A DNA stretch of 64,000 nucleotides. It comes from Basidiobolus meristosporus CBS 931.73. Lineage: Eukaryota; Fungi; Basidiobolomycota. The stretch's first letter is position 1; every line of letters starts with the position of its first letter. A program made the translations under genes and the position numbers. Location: contig MCFE01000006.1 in NCBI GenBank assembly GCA_002104905.1, positions 204,250 to 268,249 on the forward strand, in the 5' to 3' direction. Below, piece after piece: positions 63,243 through 64,000 of the stretch. The notes under the pieces were generated by a model. That model searched no databases, was not told the origin of the DNA, and saw only the letters and a list, made by a program, of their open reading frames with translations.

Positions 63243-63766
63243 GGGGGGAGGAAAGTCACCAAGTGGTGAAATCTTTATTTACTTATGACAAGTATCTAAA
63301 GAAGCCAAGTTAATCTGAAGTTTTTCCTAGAAAGCTAGGTCTGAGAGATATCTTCCTGGTAAGCCAGGTCTGAGAGTTGAGAAGCTGAGTGGTCTATATT
63401 TCCTAGTTAGCTAGGTCTGAGAGTGGTTTCCTGGAAAGCCAGGCCTGAGAAGTGAGAATCTGAATATATCTGAGCTAAGTTATACTGGTTTGCGGTAGCT
63501 GAATTGTGGCTGGAATGGCCAGTAGACTGGGGGAACTGAGAGGAATTTCTGGGCAATCACTGGCCAAATTTACTAGGCAAATCTGGCCAATTAGCATTTC
63601 AAGGATTTCGGCCAATCAGTGCCTTTACTTTGCCTGATGGTTGATCAAGCCATCTCCCAATGAGCACACATCAATTTATTAATCAAATTTTGCTGGATCC
63701 AGGATTTGAACCCACAACCATGGGTATGGAAGGGTTAGGGATAACCACAAGGCTATGTGTTCTTGG
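63237..63766 (-). mobile_element. Module B copy 3: full-length tRNA-derived SINE capped by the telomere
   Basis: A box TAGCCTTGTGG (63745-63755) and B box GGTTCAAATCC (63702-63712); same 5' end as copy 1. Confidence 0.82.
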
Positions 63767-63768
63767 TT

Positions 63769-64000
63769 GGGTTAGGGTTAGGGTTAGGGTTAGGGTTAGG
63801 GTTAGGGTTAGGGTTAGGGTTAGGGTTAGGGTTAGGGTTAGGGTTAGGGTTAGGGTTAGGGTTAGGGTTAGGGTTAGGGTTAGGGTTAGGGTTAGGGTTA
63901 GGGTTAGGGTTAGGGTTAGGGTTAGGGTTAGGGTTAGGGTTAGGGTTAGGGTTAGGGTTAGGGTTAGGGTTAGGGTTAGGGTTAGGGTTAGGTTAGGTTA
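63769..64000 (+). repeat. Telomere (TTAGGG)n, right chromosome end
   Basis: Perfect G-rich-strand repeats to the window end; the last ~10 nt are TTAGG variants. Confidence 0.98.

Noticed and set aside
57926-63766. Penelope-like (Athena/Coprina) identity for the terminal elements
   Set aside because: The polarity is similar, but the protein fragment has a LINE-type thumb motif, and I saw no hammerhead core (CTGATGAG...GAAA) or pseudo-LTR arrangement.
58706-63766. Functional tRNA genes at the B heads
   Set aside because: The acceptor and D stems do not pair; only the promoter boxes and a decayed T-arm remain.
57926-63766. CRISPR-like array (recurrent ~35 bp motif)
   Set aside because: Eukaryotic context, spacing of 30-1400 bp, and the intervening sequences are themselves repeats.
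63757-63996. 79 aa Gly-Leu repeat ORF
   Set aside because: It is simply the translation of the telomere repeat.

Overview
This window is the right end of a fungal chromosome and finishes in about 230 bp of (TTAGGG)n. Short introns and gene content suggest an early-diverging fungus, which is inference only. It has five compartments. (1) 1-18.4 kb is a CpG-depleted nest of Ty1/Copia elements, solo LTRs, PIF/Harbinger-type (PHIS) transposons and MITEs. (2) 18.4-35 kb is a CpG-normal gene island: RPS17, a SANT plus U-box-like gene, a CSC1/OSCA channel, an alginate-lyase-domain gene, GID4 and a C2H2 factor. (3) 35-46.6 kb is a second CpG-depleted TE block with a ~7 kb En/Spm (CMC)-like element and a 1.3 kb palindrome. 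(4) 46.6-57 kb holds three paralogous small PY-motif membrane proteins, a G-patch gene and a ZNF706-like gene. (5) 57.9-64 kb is the most notable part. Beyond a Copia LTR that stops abruptly, the terminal 6 kb is a head-to-tail array of modules, each with a fixed left end and a variably truncated right end; the coding and SINE modules all read on the minus strand. Nearly every module starts with a single TTAGGG. The modules are two LINE-type 3' ends, a tRNA-derived SINE sharing their 3' stem-loop tail, a non-coding 1.46 kb module and an internal Gypsy pol fragment. I interpret this as a telomere-attaching LINE/SINE system extending the chromosome end alongside telomerase repeats. All family calls come from motifs recognised by eye; no database search was run.
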